Virus record (IMG/VR): IMGVR_UViG_3300027845_000349 | Span: 1-64,000 of that record | From: a virus | Taxonomy: Duplodnaviria; Caudoviricetes | Reading direction: 5' to 3' (one strand) | Length of the DNA: 64,000 nucleotides | In this document: piece after piece, positions 29,578 to 39,931 of the stretch | Numbering within the stretch: the stretch's first letter is position 1 | Layout of the letters: each line of letters opens with the position of its first letter | Position numbers and translations under genes: made by a program | Notes under the pieces: generated by a model | Database searches by the model: none | What the model was told of the DNA's origin: nothing | The model's input: the letters and a program-made list of their open reading frames with translations, nothing else

Positions 29578-30291
29578 ATGGATAGTATTGTTAAGATTAA
29601 AAAAAACAGATGTTTTATCGATTCTGAAGGAATTGCTTATTTGTCAGAGAATGAACACAGGGCTGTAACTAAGCTAATCAGGACTTACAAGTCTGATTTG
29701 GAAGAGTTCGGGGTTTTAACACTTGTAGTGTCTAAACCTACAAGTAAAGGAGGTAGACCTAAACATACATGGGAGATGAACGAAGAACAAGCAACTCTTC
29801 TTACTACATTTATGGGCAACAGTAAGAAAGTAAGGGAATTTAAAGTTAAACTTGTAGAAGAGTTTTACAAAATGAAGAGTTCTCTTATAGAGATGTCAAC
29901 TAATAAGAGAAACCAGGAATGGTTAACAAACAGAGAAGATGGAAAGCTTCAGAGAAAATCCACTACGGATGTAATTCATAAATTTGTTGATTATGCAGTA
30001 TCTCAGGGTAGTGGATCCGCAAAAATGTATTACATGAACATCTCAAAGCTTGAGAATAAGTCATTGTTTTTTGTTCAGGAAAAATTCCCCAATCTTCGGG
30101 AAGTAATGAATAATAGACAATTATCCTTCATTAAATCTGCTGACATTATTGTGGAAGAGGCAATTATTGAAGGGCTAGAAAAAGAAATGTTTTACAAAGA
30201 CATTTATCAACTTTGTAGAAAAAGGGTAGAGGCTTTTTCAGATCTTATACCCAAAACAAATATACCAATGATGATAAAGGATAACAAATGA
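29578..30291 (+). CDS. rha: Rha family phage regulatory protein
   Basis: HRAVTKLIR, GGRPK..WEMNEEQATLL, VREFKVKLVEEF; ATG 29578 preferred over the track start. Confidence 0.85.
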   Translation: MDSIVKIKKNRCFIDSEGIAYLSENEHRAVTKLIRTYKSDLEEFGVLTLVVSKPTSKGGRPKHTWEMNEEQATLLTTFMGNSKKVREFKVKLVEEFYKMKSSLIEMSTNKRNQEWLTNREDGKLQRKSTTDVIHKFVDYAVSQGSGSAKMYYMNISKLENKSLFFVQEKFPNLREVMNNRQLSFIKSADIIVEEAIIEGLEKEMFYKDIYQLCRKRVEAFSDLIPKTNIPMMIKDNK

Positions 30292-30893
30292 AAACTAAAC
30301 TAATTTTAATAATGGCAGCTTTAATCTTAACGGGGTCTTTATTCGCAGATGAAATTACAATCTTTGAAGGTTCATGTTATAGATGGAATAAAACTCTTAA
30401 AAGTTTAAATGGCCATGAATACTGGATAAGGTATGAAACAGAAACTAATAAATTCTATCTTAAAACATATGATTTTATAAATACAATTTGGGTAGAACTT
30501 GATCATTCAGACATTGAAAAAATGAGAGAGACATTTACTAAATACTTAGAGTGGGAGAGTAAAGCAGTAAGTGAACAGGTTAAAATAGAGAAAGAAATAC
30601 CAGAATCAAACATAAGAACTATATCTATGTGGAAATCTTCAAAATATCATCAATCTAATAGTGCTGAGTTAGCATTTTTATTCTTTTCTCAGACTAAAAA
30701 TTGGCATCAATTAGTAATATTTTCAAATAAGATGATATCAAAAGACAATGAATATATAGATTGTGAAATAGAAGGATTGTATATAGACAAAGAAGATGTT
30801 GAGCTTTTATTAAATGGTATTTCCGAAGAAAATATTAAAATTAAGATGGATGAATATAACGAGCTTCAGAAAAAAGAAGATATGTTTAACTAG
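30288..30893 (+). CDS. Secreted hypothetical protein
   Basis: Signal peptide MKTKLILIMAALILTGSLFA. Confidence 0.6.
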   Translation: MKTKLILIMAALILTGSLFADEITIFEGSCYRWNKTLKSLNGHEYWIRYETETNKFYLKTYDFINTIWVELDHSDIEKMRETFTKYLEWESKAVSEQVKIEKEIPESNIRTISMWKSSKYHQSNSAELAFLFFSQTKNWHQLVIFSNKMISKDNEYIDCEIEGLYIDKEDVELLLNGISEENIKIKMDEYNELQKKEDMFN

Positions 30894-30903
30894 GTAAATA
30901 TAA

Positions 30904-31119
30904 ATGATAGAAATACCTAATCTAAAAGAATATAACAGATTTATAAATGGTAATGATTGTTTGAGAATATCATCTATTAAAAGCTTTATTGATAATCTTC
31001 CAGAGCTACCAGAATATAGCAACGAGTGCTTAATTGTAGTTCGTGGAACAGATGGAATTGATTACAAATCAACAATAAAAGATTTGGTTTTATATTTAAA
31101 TGGGATAGAGGGGGAATAA
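30904..31119 (+). CDS. Hypothetical protein
   Basis: 71-aa ORF in the operon. Confidence 0.5.
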   Translation: MIEIPNLKEYNRFINGNDCLRISSIKSFIDNLPELPEYSNECLIVVRGTDGIDYKSTIKDLVLYLNGIEGE

Positions 31120-32435
31120 TGGAAGAAATAATGAATCAAGAAGAAAAACAGGTCATTGTTAGACCTAAAGTAAATCAAGCTCTAATTGGTATAGCAGAAG
31201 ATAAAGCAACTCAATTGAGAAGAGTATTTATCCCTATGTTAGATACTCTTGATGGTTTTGAAGAGGATTATAATAAAATCCTTGAAATGGAAATAAATGA
31301 GGATACTTGTAAAGTTGCAAAACGGTTGAGATTAGACATTGCTAAAATACGAACAGGTGCCAAAAAAGCTAAAACAGAACAGAAAGCGGAATTTATCAGA
31401 GCTGGAAAAGCTGTTGATGGTCTATTTCATATCGTTGAATATGCCGTTGTTAGTAAAGAAGATAAATTAAAAGAGATTGAAACTTATCATGAGCGTATTG
31501 AAACTGAGCGAAAAGAGAAACTTGCTACTGAAAGAATTGAAGAGCTTAAAAAGTATGAATGTGATGGTGAAAATTTAGGTCTTGGAGAAATGAACGAGAC
31601 TGTCTGGAAAAACTTTCTCTCAGGAACTAAAACAAACTATGAGACTGTTAAAGCAGCCGAGGAAAAAGCTGAAGCAGATCGGATTGAAAGAGATCGTAAA
31701 GAGAAGCTAAATACAGCCCGTAGACTGCAATGTTCAAGATTAGTAGACTTTATACCTGATTTCGCCACAAGAGACTTGTCTGATCTCTCAGATGCAGAAT
31801 ACAAGGCATTAACCGATGAGGCCATTAAGTTAAGAACGTCTAAAGAAAAAGAACAGGAAAAGATTAGGCTTGAAAATGTAAAACTTAAAGAAGAGGCTGA
31901 CAAAAAGGAAAAACTTAGATTAAAAGAGAAGGTTGAAAGAGAATCTAAAGAAAAAAAAGAACAGGATGCTAGAGAAGCTGAACAGGAACTTATCATAAAA
32001 GAGAATCAGAAAAAACTTGACGAAGAGAAAAGAATTTCTGATGAAAAGTTAGAAAAAGAGCGTAAAGAAAAAGCTAAACTTCAGAAAAAGATTGATGATG
32101 AAAAAGCTGTTCAGAAAAAACTTAAACTTGAAGAAGAAAAGCGTATTAGGGATGCTAAACTCGCACCTGATAAAGAAAAGCTTAGGAAAATTCTGATTCA
32201 GTTTGATGGATTAAGAGGCCAATTAGCTTCTAATATAGCGGAAAAAGCTATGGACTCTTCATATAAAATTATAGAAAATGCTATAAAAGAACTGGAAGGA
32301 AAACCTGCATGGATATCTATAAAATGTCCAAGATGTGGTCGTGTAGGAAATTATCTCCCTTCTATATCGGGAACTGAAACCTGTAGTGGTCCAAGGTGCC
32401 GTTATGAAATAGAAGTTGGTAAAAAAAATGGATAG
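31119..32435 (+). CDS. Long coiled-coil protein with C-terminal Cys cluster
   Basis: E/K-rich heptads; CPRCG...CSGPRC at the C-terminus. Confidence 0.65.
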   Translation: MEEIMNQEEKQVIVRPKVNQALIGIAEDKATQLRRVFIPMLDTLDGFEEDYNKILEMEINEDTCKVAKRLRLDIAKIRTGAKKAKTEQKAEFIRAGKAVDGLFHIVEYAVVSKEDKLKEIETYHERIETERKEKLATERIEELKKYECDGENLGLGEMNETVWKNFLSGTKTNYETVKAAEEKAEADRIERDRKEKLNTARRLQCSRLVDFIPDFATRDLSDLSDAEYKALTDEAIKLRTSKEKEQEKIRLENVKLKEEADKKEKLRLKEKVERESKEKKEQDAREAEQELIIKENQKKLDEEKRISDEKLEKERKEKAKLQKKIDDEKAVQKKLKLEEEKRIRDAKLAPDKEKLRKILIQFDGLRGQLASNIAEKAMDSSYKIIENAIKELEGKPAWISIKCPRCGRVGNYLPSISGTETCSGPRCRYEIEVGKKNG

Positions 32436-32847
32436 AAGAATATGTGAAGTTGAAGGCTGTAATAATATACATTTAGCTCAAGGTCTTTGCAGGAAACATT
32501 ATGATTATGTAAACAGACCAGAAGCTATTAAAAAAGTAAGAACTATTAGGGAATCATATTTAGAAAAGTCAAAAGAGCTTTTCATAATAAATGGATATAC
32601 AAAAACTTCATTGCGTATGATTGCTAAATCTGTTGGATACAGTGTGGGTAACATTTATGCATACTGGAAGACTAAAGAAGAGCTTTTTAATGAAATAACA
32701 TCTTGCGTAAAAGGTATGGATTTAAGGTGTGCATGTGATTATCCTACAGAATATGCTATGGTAGTTGAAAAGATGTTGTCTGAAAAAGGAATTCTGATTA
32801 AGAAATTATCAGAGTTAAGCCCTGAACTATTAGTAGCAATGCTTTAA
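32416..32847 (+). CDS. TetR/AcrR-type HTH regulator with N-terminal Cys/His motif
   Basis: ELFIINGYTKTSLRMIAKSVGYSVGNIYAYWKTKEELF is a TetR HTH; preceded by CEVEGC...GLCRKHY. Confidence 0.8.
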   Translation: MVKKMDRRICEVEGCNNIHLAQGLCRKHYDYVNRPEAIKKVRTIRESYLEKSKELFIINGYTKTSLRMIAKSVGYSVGNIYAYWKTKEELFNEITSCVKGMDLRCACDYPTEYAMVVEKMLSEKGILIKKLSELSPELLVAML

Positions 32848-32849
32848 AA

Positions 32850-32870
32850 ATGGGGAGCTTAGGCTCCCAT
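32850..32870. terminator. Hairpin GGGAGC-TTAG-GCTCCC (possible terminator)
   Basis: GC-rich stem after the TetR gene; the A-run is on the 5' side, so it may act on the minus strand. Confidence 0.4.
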
Positions 32871-32884
32871 CATAAGAGGAACAC

Positions 32885-33649
32885 ATGAAAGAAAAAACAT
32901 CTAATGCTCCTATTTTTTACATAGGATTGTCTTTGCTGGTTATTTTATTTTTTACCTTATTTATGATCCAGGGGGAACATTTAGAATCTGTTGAATTAAT
33001 TGTTTCAGAAAGAAATATAACAATCTCAGAAAATGTAATTTTAATTGAATCTTTAAATAAAACAATAGAAGATAAAAATCAGATAATTAAGAACAAAGAT
33101 ATTGAAATACAAACTATTATTGATAATGCTGAAATTATGGTTGCTTTAAGTCCATTAAAAGATCTTATTTCAGATGATGAAATAGATGAATTGATTAGCC
33201 TTATACCCCGGGGTAATCCTTATAGAAATGCTTTTCAAGTAACTGCAGGATTTGGTGAATCTGTAGGATACCATGGAGAACCTAGAACTAACCATAAAGG
33301 ATTTGACTCCATACCCGTTAACCCTGGAACTGCTGATTGGTCAATAACACCTATAGGTAAAGGAATTATAAAGAATTATGGGTATGATGCTGTTTTTGGG
33401 AAATATATAACTATTAGACATAGTGAAAGAGTTGAAACTTTTTATGGACATCTTGATAAGATTTTTTATTCTGGGACTACCGGAAAAGAAGTTGGTCCTG
33501 ATACTAAAATAGGAATAATGGGTGGAACAGGCCTTGTTTCATCTGACAGAAAAGATGGTGGAGGAAAACACTTACATGCTGAATTAAGAGTTTGGGTATC
33601 AGATAGATGGGTTCATATTAATCTTTTACCTTTTATAGAAAGATATTGA
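32885..33649 (+). CDS. M23 family metallo-endopeptidase with N-terminal membrane anchor (candidate endolysin)
   Basis: HKGFD (HxxxD), YGHL and HLH motifs; N-terminal TM plus coiled coil. Confidence 0.85.
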   Translation: MKEKTSNAPIFYIGLSLLVILFFTLFMIQGEHLESVELIVSERNITISENVILIESLNKTIEDKNQIIKNKDIEIQTIIDNAEIMVALSPLKDLISDDEIDELISLIPRGNPYRNAFQVTAGFGESVGYHGEPRTNHKGFDSIPVNPGTADWSITPIGKGIIKNYGYDAVFGKYITIRHSERVETFYGHLDKIFYSGTTGKEVGPDTKIGIMGGTGLVSSDRKDGGGKHLHAELRVWVSDRWVHINLLPFIERY

Positions 33650-33662
33650 ATGGAGGAATATT

Positions 33663-33782
33663 ATGAGAAAAGTTAAATTTCTGCAAGATTATGAGAAATG
33701 GAAAAAAGGTGACATAATCAAGATGGATCGTGATAAAGCAAATAAGCTCATGATTGCCGGAATAGTAACGTATTATATATGA
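33663..33782 (+). CDS. 39-aa protein resembling the ribosomal protein L9 N-terminal fold
   Basis: MRKVKFLQDYEKWKKGDIIKMDRDKANKLMIAGIV; SD GGAGG; ATGA overlap with the next gene. Confidence 0.55.
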   Translation: MRKVKFLQDYEKWKKGDIIKMDRDKANKLMIAGIVTYYI

Positions 33783-34297
33783 GTAGTATTAAAGGCTTAT
33801 GTATTGGTTCTTCAGAAGGTGTGTATGAGTTCTCTTTTGAAGGTGAAGAACCGGAAGAAGGGAAAAGTTATCTTCTTGAAGATTCTATTAATGGCAGCCT
33901 TGCCCAGAACGGTTTGTTTCATTCACTGGTTTTAGAATATTGGAAATCAGGTAAAAGCTCAAGAAAAGATCTTGAATATGATGATTTTAGAGATAGAATA
34001 AAAAGATGGCTTGGCAAAGGGTTTGATGGTTTCTGGTATTTTGAAGTAGTAGAAAGAAATGGTAAATATTTTCCTAAGAAGACCTTTGTCAAAAAGAAGG
34101 AAGAAATACCAGAAGAAATTAGAAATGATCCTGATCATTCAGAATTCATTTATGGAAGATTGAAGTCCTGGTCTTCATATACTCTAACCCAGAGAAGAAA
34201 GACAATAGATAATCTTATAATAGAAATGCTAAAAGTTGGAGTAAATTCCAAGAAATTTAATGATATTTTAAAAGGAATAAATTACGAAATAGTTTAA
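33779..34297 (+). CDS. NinB/Orf-like recombination protein
   Basis: SLAQNGLFHSLV resembles the NinB motif; a NinG-like gene lies nearby. Confidence 0.5.
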   Translation: MSSIKGLCIGSSEGVYEFSFEGEEPEEGKSYLLEDSINGSLAQNGLFHSLVLEYWKSGKSSRKDLEYDDFRDRIKRWLGKGFDGFWYFEVVERNGKYFPKKTFVKKKEEIPEEIRNDPDHSEFIYGRLKSWSSYTLTQRRKTIDNLIIEMLKVGVNSKKFNDILKGINYEIV

Positions 34298-34307
34298 GGG
34301 GGAATAA

Positions 34308-34841
34308 TTGAACAAAGTAGAAGTATTTAAAATGACTGAGTATGCAGATGATAGAATGCGTGAAATATCATTCTGTGATCCTATTAATCCATTTGGATCT
34401 CCAGACAGAGGGTTGTCCAGAGATATGGATATCTCTACATACAAAGTAAGGACTATTCATAAAAGTATGGGTATTTCTAATCTGGCTCCAAAAGAATATC
34501 AGGATGCAGAAATGAAAAGACTTACCATGAAAGGTTTCTCTTTTTATAGTTCTGATCCTTTTATGATTACTATGGTTAAGGAAAAGAAATTTATTATTGC
34601 TGATGAAATGATAGATTCTGCTTTTAATGATATCGAAAAAAATAATAATTCAGAGGATAAAACCAGATCAGATTTAAATCAGTTGCTTATTACTATGACT
34701 TGTGAATCAAATAAATTAAAACATGAATTGAAATCCACAAATGTTATTTTAGATGAATATAAAAATCAATTAAAATGGAGAAAATCTTTTACTCTGTTTC
34801 AAAGAATATTCCAATGGAAAAGCTTGAGGAGAAATAATTGA
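34308..34841 (+). CDS. Hypothetical protein
   Basis: 177-aa ORF with SD GGGGG. Confidence 0.55.
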   Translation: MNKVEVFKMTEYADDRMREISFCDPINPFGSPDRGLSRDMDISTYKVRTIHKSMGISNLAPKEYQDAEMKRLTMKGFSFYSSDPFMITMVKEKKFIIADEMIDSAFNDIEKNNNSEDKTRSDLNQLLITMTCESNKLKHELKSTNVILDEYKNQLKWRKSFTLFQRIFQWKSLRRNN

Positions 34842-35236
34842 AACCAAACGAAAAGAAAGCTAAAGAGCAATTTTCCAGGTATGTAAGGCTTAGAGACTGC
34901 ATTAAAACAACAGGATCAACAGATTACGGTAAATGTATAACCTGTGGAGAGATTGTCCCATTTGAAAATTCTCATTGTGGTCATTTTATTTCAGGAAGAG
35001 GGAATTCTTTATTCTTCGAAGAAACCAACTCTCATTTGCAGTGTCCTAGTTGTAATACATCTCTAGGTGGAAATCCTGAAGTATACCGGATGAAAATGAT
35101 TAAAAAATACGGACTTAAAGAGGTTGAACGACTTGAATCTTTAAGACATGTTCCAGTAAAAATAAGAGAAGGTGAATTTGAAGGTAAATTTAACTTTTAC
35201 AAATCTAAATTTAATGATATGATTTCAAACAATTAA
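34838..35236 (+). CDS. ninG: NinG/Rap-like recombination endonuclease
   Basis: FSRYVRLRD, CITCG, CGHF, HLQCPSCN. Confidence 0.85.
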   Translation: MKPNEKKAKEQFSRYVRLRDCIKTTGSTDYGKCITCGEIVPFENSHCGHFISGRGNSLFFEETNSHLQCPSCNTSLGGNPEVYRMKMIKKYGLKEVERLESLRHVPVKIREGEFEGKFNFYKSKFNDMISNN

Positions 35237-35245
35237 GGGGGAATT

Positions 35246-35875
35246 TTGAAATATTATTTATTATCTATTAAATGGACTTATAGAGGAGATTTTGCTCTTA
35301 AATGGTGGGGTAAAAATAGTTCAGGTTATTCAATTTTTAAAAATAATGCTGGTCTATACGAAAAGGAAAAAGCATTTTCAATAAGTAAAGGATGTCATTG
35401 GTCATCTTTCCCTATACCTCAAAAAGTTGTTGATGATTTATGGACAGAAGTCATTTATGAGCCAAAATATAGCCCTCAAGAGGGAAAAATTGTAATAAAC
35501 AATAGACATACTAGAGGATTATTAAGAATTGATCCTTTTATTATGGAAGATGAATGTAGAATTGATCATACATGTTTTATAATAAAAAGTGATTGCCTAT
35601 GGTTGAATACGTTCCAAGAGGAATATTCTATAGTTAAAACAGATGTGTGGGATATTATAATAAAAGAACCAGTTGAGCCATGTGAATTTTCTTCTATGGG
35701 AGAGGTAAAAGGTAAAAATTACAGAGAAGCAAGAAAAAATGCTTTTAAAGAAATTGATTATATTTATTCTGATATGGATTTTATTAAAACTATGAGTCGC
35801 TTTAAAGTTGTAAGACAAAAAAAGAAAGTATTGGTAAATCCAATATGTCCTAAATCTTGGGAGGATTATAAATGA
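35246..35875 (+). CDS. Hypothetical protein
   Basis: 209 aa; WWGKNSSGYS...AGLY motif; no function assigned. Confidence 0.55.
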   Translation: MKYYLLSIKWTYRGDFALKWWGKNSSGYSIFKNNAGLYEKEKAFSISKGCHWSSFPIPQKVVDDLWTEVIYEPKYSPQEGKIVINNRHTRGLLRIDPFIMEDECRIDHTCFIIKSDCLWLNTFQEEYSIVKTDVWDIIIKEPVEPCEFSSMGEVKGKNYREARKNAFKEIDYIYSDMDFIKTMSRFKVVRQKKKVLVNPICPKSWEDYK

Positions 35876-36612
35876 ATGCTATAGGAACAAGCCGAAACCG
35901 ATATTTTGACAATACCAAGAATCACACAATATTTACACCACCACCAGTATGTAAATGGTTATCTGAAATTCTAAAAGATGAAATTACCGAGGGAGGTATG
36001 ATATTTGATCCTTCTGTAGGCTCCGGAAATTTACTTGATTCATTTGAAAATGTTATAAAACTTGGTGCTGATATTGAAGATTTTAGCCCAAATATTGATA
36101 GTTTCTTTCTAGGAGATTTTCTGGATTGGGAAAAGGGTGATTATCCATCTCCTGATTTAACAATGGCAAATCCACCATATAACCATACTGTAGAATCAAG
36201 AAAGAAATGGGGTAGAAGTACATTATTACCTGAATTGTTTGCTTCTCACTGTTTTAACATATTCGGGAAAAATTCAAAGATGGTTCTATTTACTCCAATG
36301 GGGTTAAGATTGAATACCAGGTGCTATACATCAAAGCAGGGAGATAGATATCGGAATATAAGAGATAATTGGGGTGATATTACATCTATAGTATCTTTAC
36401 CTCTCGATGTGTTCCCAAACCCAGATTATGACAATTCAATAGATGAGGTCCGGAGAAATCCCAGGAAAGGTATATTAAAATCAAATATCAAAAGGAAAGA
36501 AACACAGCAGGAGATTTTATTTTTCAATATGCCTAATCTTAAACCTCATTATTGTTTACCGGATTCTGTAATTGAAGAGCTAAGAGTAATGGATAAAGAG
36601 GCATGGAGTTGA
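35872..36612 (+). CDS. Orphan N6-adenine DNA methyltransferase
   Basis: Motif I FDPSVGSGNL and motif IV NPPY. Confidence 0.88.
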   Translation: MNAIGTSRNRYFDNTKNHTIFTPPPVCKWLSEILKDEITEGGMIFDPSVGSGNLLDSFENVIKLGADIEDFSPNIDSFFLGDFLDWEKGDYPSPDLTMANPPYNHTVESRKKWGRSTLLPELFASHCFNIFGKNSKMVLFTPMGLRLNTRCYTSKQGDRYRNIRDNWGDITSIVSLPLDVFPNPDYDNSIDEVRRNPRKGILKSNIKRKETQQEILFFNMPNLKPHYCLPDSVIEELRVMDKEAWS

Positions 36613-36678
36613 TAGAATATACAATATCAGAATATTGGAAAACCATATCAACTGAAGCTTTTAAAGCTGGAGAGGAAA

Positions 36679-37311
36679 ATGACAGTAGAAATATACATGA
36701 AGATTCCAAAGGAGAAATTATCTACCTACAAAACAAACCTGATAGAAGCATATTTGAGCCCTACAGGTGATCCTATAGGACAGGTTGTAAAGGTAAAGGA
36801 TGAGGCTGTAGAGGGTGTTTATAGATGTGATGTCCTTATCTACCATAATCATGGGAAAGAAGTTCTTGAAGCTATGAGTGCTGAATCAACACGGCTTTCT
36901 AATGGAGGTTAAACTTGAAATTAGAATTCCTCCAGAAATAACATGGGTAAATATGATCTCTGTAGTAATGGATGATGAAGACATAGGTCATATTAACCAT
37001 GTAGTGAAACATATAGACGGAGATTTATTTCTATGTTCTGTTGATGTGTTTGAAAGCAAGAAGGAATTTGTCCAGGAAACAATTAAATAAGGAGAAAAGT
37101 AATGGTAATATTTGTACAGATAGTAGGAAGCTTATTCTTGATAATGTTAACTCTTGGATTTGCAGTAGGAATTTTTAAGGGCCTTATAGAGCTTTATTAT
37201 GAAATAAAAAAAGGTAGGATACAGATAAAACTACTAAAAAGAAAGCATAGAAGAGAATTAAAACTGTGGACTGAGAAATATAAACAGGAGTTGGATAAAC
37301 ACAAAGCATAA
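36679..37311 (+). other. Three small hypothetical CDSs (36679-36912, ~36878-37090, 37102-37311 membrane-anchored)
   Basis: ORF track, with SD sites. Confidence 0.5.
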
Positions 37312-37315
37312 CAAC

Positions 37316-37342
37316 AGACCGCCTTTATAGACGGTCTTTTTT
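37316..37342 (+). terminator. Intrinsic terminator between convergent operons
   Basis: AGACCG...CGGTCT followed by a T-run. Confidence 0.75.
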
Positions 37343-39672
37343 AATCTGCTTCTAGGCATTTCTTAGAGCACCAAGCTCCATCAGCTCCTCCAAAAGTTAT
37401 AGAATGCATTACATACCCTCTCTTAAATGTAACCTTATCACCACATTTATTACAGAATGTATAAGGTAATATTGATTCTAACATTTCCTTTTCTTCATAA
37501 AACGCACTTTTAGGATCTCCGAACGATTCTTTTATATTTACAGGGAATATGCTCATATCTTCTCCTTTCAACTACCTTCAGTATAAAGCCTATTTAATTG
37601 GTGGCTCTGGTAATGGTTGCCAGTGTGTTATATTATCAGTATGTAACCCATCTTCTCCATCGGAATCTATTGAATAAAACCCGTTAGAATAATATTCTCT
37701 TATTCCTATCCTTTCTGATATATCATCATAAACAAGATAATTTTCTGGCTCTCTGGGTAATCTATCTTTCACACTTATCCATTCCATTCTTTACCACCTT
37801 TAATATTAGTCTATTATATTTTCTTATCTGGAACCGTTAGCCATTCACCACAAACAGGGCAGAAGTTTATTTTAATCTTTTCCCCATGATCCAGACATTG
37901 ATTATCTCCATCTTGAGAAAGTCTCAAATAGCCTCTATCAATATGTACAGAATATGATTCTTCGTGTTTTAATGCTTCATTACCAGTTATTGTACCTTCT
38001 CCCAACATTGCAAATATTGAGAAACATATAAATTCTTGCGACAATAAGTAATGATCGGTATTATTACAGTATTTACAACTCATCTCTTACCACCTTGTTT
38101 AATATACTTTATAGTTAATTTATTTAAAATATTGTGGATAATCTTTCTTCCATTTCCTCATCCACTTCTTAACTTTTTTACCATCAATTAACATCGATCC
38201 TAAAGACATCCCATGAAAACCATTTAAAATAATTTTTCTGAAATATTCCTCTTCTGGTAATTCGACATCAATAGAAATCCTATCTTCATGTATTTCATCT
38301 GAAGCATCTTGTATTTTTGCCTTTGGGAATAATTTAATAATATCTTTTTTATATTCATTCCCGCCATAAATCAAATCATTCATATCTTTACCACCTTTAA
38401 CTATCCTTTGCTGAATTATTATTTAATTGCTTCCAGAAATAAAGCCCTCGTCATGTGTAATGCCTTTGCTTCGTCTTCGTGCTCAATATCTACCGTAGCA
38501 GGAAGCCATAAAGATTCTATGGCTAAAGCTCTTTTAATTGTGTCTTTTAAATTATCAATTTTATTATTAGCTTTAATAGTGAGTTTCTTATATTCTTCTA
38601 AAATGTCGTCTTTTGAGTACTCAAGACCAGTACCGTTACAAGCTCCACATTTCCCGGAGCAATAACACCCAGAACCAGAGCAAGCACTACAAACTTTGTT
38701 TTCCATCTTTTTTAATATATCCATTCTTTACCACCTTGTTTAATATTAGTAATAAGTAACTTTTCTTTCATAGTATTCATTATGGCAATTATCAATATAA
38801 ATAATATATATTCCTTTTAGCCATAATCTAATTTGCAATTCTTCTAGATTCAAAGCGTCAAATTTATGGGTATATTCCATCTTAATATTATTTTCATCGA
38901 ACACAGCAATTATATCGTTAGGCATATATTGATATTCACATTCATCCATTTCTTTTATTTCATCTTTTACAATTTGAATATGTTCTTTTTTTTCTACAAA
39001 GATTCTACCGTACCCTTTTCTTGTAAATGTCATTCTTTACCACCTTTAATATTAGTCTATTATATGCTGGGTTACTAATAATTAAACTTCCACCCATAAA
39101 GCAGGTGTCTTTTATACGCTCTTTTAATTATGCTTCTTTTAATTATTCCTCTCATTTTTAATCTATCAAGTTTATCAGGTACAAGGGCAATAACTTCTTG
39201 TTCTATTTTTTTGCAAATTATCATACATTCCCAATATTCTCCATATTTCTTTTTTGATAGATATATTTCATCACGTTGTTTTTTTAATGCTCTATATTTA
39301 TCAGTTCTACAATATGCAAGATGCTTATCTTTTCTTTTATCTCTGTTTCTCTTAGATGTTGATTTGCCTAATTCCGTCTGATAATAAGTTTTTTTATTTT
39401 TCTTTATTATCTCTTTATGCATACGTCTGTACTCAATATCATACAGACGTTTTTTTTCTTTGTTACTTAGCATAATCAATTAATTCTGAAGTTATTCCCT
39501 CTTTAGCCTGAGAAAGAATTGATTGCTGAGTTTTAATTACTCTTACAATTTCTCTTGATTGCTGAGCTATTGCATCGGCTGTACCAACGTCAATATTGTT
39601 ACTTTCAAGTTTTTGCAATGTTTCCCATAATACTGTTTTCATTGCTTTTGCTGATAATTTATTATCTTCCAT
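37341..39672 (-). other. Leftward cassette-like run of small hypothetical CDSs (37341-37571, 37590-37787 DUF551-like, 37814-38083, 38120-38383, 38419-38724, 38746-39033, 39075-39479, 39463-39672)
   Basis: ORF track; most are preceded by the same AAGGTGGT SD element; MEWISVKDRLP...WQPLPEPP is DUF551-like. Confidence 0.65.
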
Positions 39673-39745
39673 TTATTTCTCCTTGATTAAAAGTAATAGT
39701 AGTTATACTATATACGTGAATAAGAAAATAAACAAGAGGATAAAA

Positions 39746-39922
39746 ATGATAATAGTAAAGATAAAGAAGAAAGATTTCATAAAAGATTATGAAGCAATGT
39801 CAGTTGATGCACTAAAGAAAAAATATTCACTAAATAACAGATCATTCTATAAGGTTGTAGATGAGTTGGAACTCGATAGAAAGAGGGGAAGCTCAGAACA
39901 TAAAAAAATAGTATTGATTTAA
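39746..39922 (+). CDS. Small putative DNA-binding protein (Cro-like position)
   Basis: MIIVKIKKKDF... start at ATG 39746 with SD GAGG; first gene of the rightward replication operon. Confidence 0.45.
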   Translation: MIIVKIKKKDFIKDYEAMSVDALKKKYSLNNRSFYKVVDELELDRKRGSSEHKKIVLI

Positions 39923-39931
39923 GGAAAGTGG

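Noticed and set aside
37305-37342. GCATAACAAC as the left end of a third attC site
   Set aside because: No matching GTTRRRY right end or L boxes; the hairpin is explained as a terminator.
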